Assembly (NCBI GenBank): GCA_002633005.1
Contig: NMRA01001106.1
Coordinates: 1-54,247 of the forward strand
Source of the DNA: Phoronis australis
Lineage: Eukaryota > Animalia > Phoronida
Direction of reading: 5' to 3'
DNA length: 54,247 nt
This document shows positions 49,693 to 54,247 of the stretch, piece after piece. Within the stretch, counting starts at the first letter, position 1, and every line of letters begins with the position of its first letter. The position numbers and the translations under genes are program-made. The notes under the pieces were generated by a model. It was not told the DNA's origin and searched no databases. It was given only the letters and a program-made list of their open reading frames with translations.

Positions 49693-50502
49693 GTAATTGC
49701 ATGCCTACTTTACTGGGCGCTTCTATGCCGGAAGCTCTTTTTGCAAATTAACATCATCAGAGTCATATTTTGTTAAGTACCTTTTGGGCATAGAGGCCTG
49801 GGCACCTTAGTAGGCTATCGATGTCTTTAATTCCTTCCAACTAGAACAAATACTCCTATAATTTAATTTTTTCTTTGAGCAATCCTTCGTTCAGTTGCCC
49901 AAATTGCCACTGGCTATTTTTAGCACTGCAGCTGCTCACATGCACTTATTTTTATACGTGTGAGCTAGGATTAAAAATTAGTCTCCAGGGGTTTTTGAAT
50001 TTTCAAAATGAGTCGAGTACTTGTACTAACATGGGTTTTGTTAGCTAAACCCAAGCCTTGAGTTCTTCGTGTAGAAAATAGTTTCGAACTTGGGTCATAT
50101 GCATCAGTGATGCACAATAGAAGCTGTGACTGAACAGATGGGGATAAAATTTGGTCCTGCTGATGGAATCTCCTTTAAACAGCATGTTCAGGACATGGCT
50201 AGTGTGAAGCAACTCTGGTATAACTCAGGTACCGGGTAAGTAGTGGGCCAGTGGGTTCTACAACCAAAACCAGCATTGTTGGCTTGCTATGTGTGTGCCA
50301 CCATCTTGGGTGCGTACTGACTAACTATCCACTCAACTCATGGATCATCTCAGATCATGGGTATTTTTAACTTCCAAAGTCAATATTTGTTGTCAAAAGA
50401 ATCGTGGGTATTTTGTAGATATCGTCTCAGGTGGATATTTCGTCATCTCGGGTATTTTGTGTGTGTATATTTCAGCTTCGGGACGTGCCTGTGCAAAGTC
50501 GA

Positions 50503-50961
50503 TTGCATCTCAACAGCCATGATTGCTTAATTAGTGTGGCCTGTTAGAACATAGCTCTAGTATACCATACAGGCAAAGAATGGAGTCCTTCATATCTCAA
50601 CAGCCATGGCCTGTTAGAACATAGCTCTAGTATATCATACAGGCAAAGAATGGAGTCCTTCATTTCTCAACAGCCATGGCCTGTTAGAACATAGCTCTAG
50701 TATACCATACAGGCAAAGAATGGAGTCCTGCATATCTCAACAGCCATGGCCTGTTAGAACATAGCTCTAGTATATCATACAGGCAAAGAATGGAGTCCTT
50801 CATATCTCAACAGCCATGGCCTGTTAGAACATAGCTCTAGTATACCATACAGGCAAAGAATGGAGTCTTTCATATCTCAACAGCCATGATTGCTTAATTA
50901 GTGTGGCCTGTTAGAACATAGCTCTAGTATACCATACAGGCAAAGAATGGAGTCCTGCATA
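50503..50961. repeat. 70-bp minisatellite, 6 units (first and last are longer, ~87-88 bp)
   Basis: Unit catatctcaacagccatggcctgttagaacatagctctagtataccatacaggcaaagaatggagtcctt at 50591, 50661, 50731 and 50801. The end units carry an extra attgcttaattagtgtg. Confidence 0.97.
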
Positions 50962-51642
50962 CGTCATTACACAGTTACATTGATGCACTGGTAATCAGAG
51001 TCTGATGAGGCTCATAATCTCGTCACTACAGGATGCGCTTATTGATTGCTTCAATTTTCTGTTGCTGTCATTGTCTGTTGCTTGACCTCAATCAAGGTTA
51101 CTCATTTTCAGTTTCAGATTGAAGGTCAAGCTATAGTTGTGATTGTGAAGCTCGTCAGACTTCCGTACAGGCGAGAGTTTTGCCTTCTTCAGTTGGCACT
51201 TCTTTTATTTACCCACACGAGACGCTCTAAGTGATCTGAGGTACTGGATCAGATGTTGTCACCCACTATACCCACCCAAAAACCTCCTGTACACTGAGCC
51301 TTCCGACAGGGAAATCCCCAGGATTTTGACTTCCCAGTGTCCCATTTTCCAAATCGTATATTGCGTTGGTGTGGATTTTCAACGTGCTTAGCAACACAGG
51401 CTTGTCTTTTACCATATGTGAAAGGAAGCTTGATCTTTCAAGGATAAAGTAAATTTTTATGTAACGCAATCCCAGCATGATGTTCCTCTCCCTCGGAATT
51501 TAAGACAAGGTGCTGTTTTAATGAAGTTTGTTGCTTGTTATAGATCTCTTGAAAGCTCCATGTCTCTGAAAGTGTGTCACACCATGGATCTCTGGTGATT
51601 ATTATGTCGGAGTAAATAGGTCCACTCTGTAACGGACTCGCG

Positions 51643-51763
51643 ATGCTGGAGAGATACGCTCCTCGTGTGTATGAAGCTCTGAATGGAATATTTTGCGTAT
51701 ACAAGCCGAGGGGAATGCCTGCTGAGCGGCTCAAAGTGACAATTCAGCACAAACTCCAACAAG
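51643..51763 (+). CDS. TRUB2: TRUB2 (mitochondrial pseudouridine synthase TruB2), coding exon 1
   Basis: MLERYAPRVYEALNGIFCVYKPRGMPAERLKVTIQHKLQQ. The LxGxFxVYKPxG motif matches the TRUB2 N-terminus. In-frame TAA upstream; CAAG|gtactg donor, phase 1. Confidence 0.88.
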
Positions 51764-52412
51764 GTACTGAGTCTATTATATTCACTGGTTCAGATTAAAG
51801 TAAATGTCCTAAGGTTGTGAACTTCAGCGCATTGACTATTTTTTAATTAAACAATAGCTTGAAACTTCCATACAATGTCATTTGGCTTGAGAATGGTCAT
51901 TTGTGTGACTGAGTTATTTGAATGATCCACAATGCATCAGTGGTTATTTGACAGCTTTATTGTCAGAAAGAATGTTTAAAAATCATTATACAATCCAGTT
52001 CTTTAAACGATCATCCCCATTCAAGAATGCTGTTCACCAGTAAATTGCAAGCCAGTGACAAGAAATATTTTGCTTTGTTCCTGCTATCAGTATATGTACA
52101 TCAGAAAATTGATTAATTAAAATTCTGCAAGGGCACCATCTTTACATGTAGGTACTTTCAGGTAATTGTTGCTTTCTGTCTCTGACAACACTCCTCTGTT
52201 TTTTACGTCTTTTTTTCAACTGTGTGAATCTGAAATCAAAAAACTTTTGGCTGTTTATTAATTAATACTAATCTTAGCTCAGCGATGTAGAAAATCTCAA
52301 AATTACAACACTTAGGAAGAAACTTGTGATTAAAAAAAGTTTAAAATTTCTTCTTTGTCATTGTGGTAAGATGTGTACTTTAATGTTGACTTTTTCTCTC
52401 TATTATTTTCAG

Positions 52413-52529
52413 AACTCAACTCCCTTCCTTGCAGACCATCTCGCCAAATAGTTGAGATTCATGAAGACCGTCTCGGTACCAACCTGTCACTGGTAACCAC
52501 GCTGACAGATGTGGCTGACAATCCCCTTG
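52413..52529 (+). CDS. TRUB2: TRUB2 coding exon 2
   Basis: ttattttcag acceptor; ELNSLPCRPSRQIVEI...DVADNPL; G|gtgaga donor; phase 1/1. Confidence 0.88.
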
Positions 52530-53412
52530 GTGAGACTATCTAATCTAACTGCACGTCTTTCCGCACGGACATTAAAATCATCTGAGCCAAAATGAAACTG
52601 ATGAAATGATCCGTTATTTCATGTCATGACGCTTGAACGTTAGTGACCCGTTATTCTGCATCATAATGGTTGAGCATGAATGAAATCCCACGTGACGATC
52701 ATTGAGAGTAAGCGAATTTAACCACCACAGTAGTCACCTACATGTTGCATGATGGGTAATTTGAATCAAATTCAAAAGTTAAGATACCGTTCCTGGTCAG
52801 TCGTAAGCTAACCTCACGATATCACCAGGAGACAAACACAAGACAACTTACAGATATATTGTAACTGAGTCACCTGTTGGCATACTGACTACATGACAGT
52901 TGTGAGAGTTGCCATTTCTATTGAAAGTTGCATCGCATTGAAATAGATTTAGGTTCACGTGCTGTCCATGTTTTGCAGTAATAAAAACATTGATTTAGAC
53001 TGAATATCTATTTCTCATCATTTATGATGTTTATCCCTGTTCCAATTCTCCCAACATCAACATGCCAAGCTACGCCTCCACTTTCATCTGCTAAGCAGTG
53101 GTTACGATTTACAAAAATCTCCACATTCCACTTACCCTTGTCGCACGTCTTATCATGCAAAATTCGACGACAACTTGGCTCCTATGATACTTAAATAGTT
53201 TGGTTATTAAAAAGAAAACTGACTGGTCTGGTCTATCCTTGAGTGATGGTGTTTATGAAAAAATATGAAAATAATAATTACGTTCATCGTATTGCCATGA
53301 GGTTACTCTTGTTTATGAAAAATAAAACATTTTATACCACAATATTAACCTCTAATGGCAGATACAACCGTATATAGTTATCTCACTAGTGAGATAACAT
53401 TTTGGCGGGAAA

Positions 53413-53484
53413 CCGAGGCCAGAGTCGAACCCAGGCCTCAACAGTTGCGAGTCGCCGACTTTACCACTACACCACTCAGCGGCT
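53413..53484 (-). mobile_element. tRNA-derived sequence (SINE head or tRNA pseudogene) in TRUB2 intron 2
   Basis: Minus strand gctgagTGGTGTAGTGGtaaag...ctgGGTTCGACTctggcctcggt has Pol III A and B boxes. Anticodon and T stems are imperfect. Confidence 0.65.
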
Positions 53485-54016
53485 GACGTCATCGAACATG
53501 AAAATAGAACACTTAAATGAGTACGCCCAACAATCGCATGGGCATTGCCCAACAATTATACGCTATGAAAAATAAGACGCATAATTTCCATAAAAACAAT
53601 ATTTTAATTCAGTGAAATTTTTTCTCTCGTGTTCTCTCACTTGTAAATCACCGATCTCCAATTTGAATGCAGGTGTCGTGTTGTCGTGATCCTTTGACTT
53701 GAGCATTATAATCAGTTACTAGTGGTAACCTACTTTAGCAGACGATATTTTCCCGGTCGAAGCTTAGCGTGATAAAATGTGTAGTAAGCTACAACAGTTG
53801 CTAAACCTTAATTTTTAGATTCATTTTCTTTCTATTTTGTTTTATTTTTCAATTGGTTTTGAGTAAAAGCATTATTTTACAAAAATATCTCGGCTTTTAT
53901 TAAAAGGTCACGACTTCCGACCCCGGGCCTCTGACAGAAAGTAGTTACAAAGCCGAGGCGAGTTGAGAAAGGTAGATCGATTCATTGCAATGTTTCTCGT
54001 TCAGTATGTGGTATAA

Positions 54017-54171
54017 ATAGATTATTACATGTTCTCAGTCGTTATCCCCCTTATCTAGAGCCCTCGTGGATTTTGAAGAATTATCACTAACGCCCCTCGG
54101 GCGATAATTCTCCAAAATCCACTCGGGCTCTAGATAACAGGGGATAACGACTTCGCCATGTAATAATCTAT
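54017..54171. mobile_element. Palindromic (foldback) MITE with ~70-bp arms
   Basis: atagattattacatg...gtcgttatcccc.ttatctagagccc...gtggattttg / caaaatccac...gggctctagataacaggggataacgac...catgtaataatctat. Confidence 0.9.
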
Positions 54172-54222
54172 ATGTACAAGGTATTTCTCTGTTCTGATGT
54201 GTGTTTCATAAACCTTTCGCAG

Positions 54223-54247
54223 TTGTTGGGCCGCGTTATCTGCATGA
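54223..54247 (+). CDS. TRUB2: TRUB2 coding exon 3 (truncated by the window end)
   Basis: ctttcgcag acceptor. Continues NPL-VVGPRYLH, the conserved (H/N)PLVxGP motif. Confidence 0.85.

Noticed and set aside
50121-50236. Open plus-strand segment with a gtaag donor (EAVTEQMGIKFGPADG...)
   Set aside because: Weak acceptor and no homology recognised. TRUB2 has an in-frame stop upstream of its ATG; at most this is an untranslated exon.
50503-50961. CRISPR-like array
   Set aside because: Units are contiguous near-identical repeats with no unique spacers; eukaryotic context and no cas genes.
51266-51762. Minus-strand ORFs
   Set aside because: They overlap or lie next to TRUB2 exon 1 on the opposite strand and show no motifs.
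53413-53484. Functional tRNA gene
   Set aside because: A and B boxes are present but the anticodon and T stems do not pair properly; treated as tRNA-derived.

Overview
Eukaryotic, AT-rich, intron-rich genomic DNA, probably from a marine invertebrate (inferred from spliceosomal GT-AG genes, microsatellites, many MITE/HINE-like elements and very frequent TACATGTA). The ORF track misses most real coding sequence. Manual exon reconstruction gives three things. (1) A 13-coding-exon minus-strand gene (43653 or 45738 down to 11823; 691 aa; all splice phases compatible) encoding an N-cap plus six ankyrin repeats, each on its own phase-0 exon, then a linker that may be ubiquitin-like, then a FAM111-type trypsin-like serine protease with an intact His/Asp/Ser triad. 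It has two paralogous alternative first coding exons and decayed ankyrin pseudo-exons. A recently duplicated ankyrin exon pair differs by 10 substitutions, all non-synonymous and concentrated on the ligand-binding face. This is the best candidate for an undescribed system: a diversifying ankyrin sensor fused to a FAM111 protease, possibly in innate immunity (inference). (2) The first three coding exons of TRUB2 on the plus strand (51643 to the window end), head-to-head with gene 1. (3) A decayed multi-PAN/Apple-domain gene near the left end. The rest is transposon relics, tandem repeats and hairpins. No CRISPR array or rRNA gene is present.
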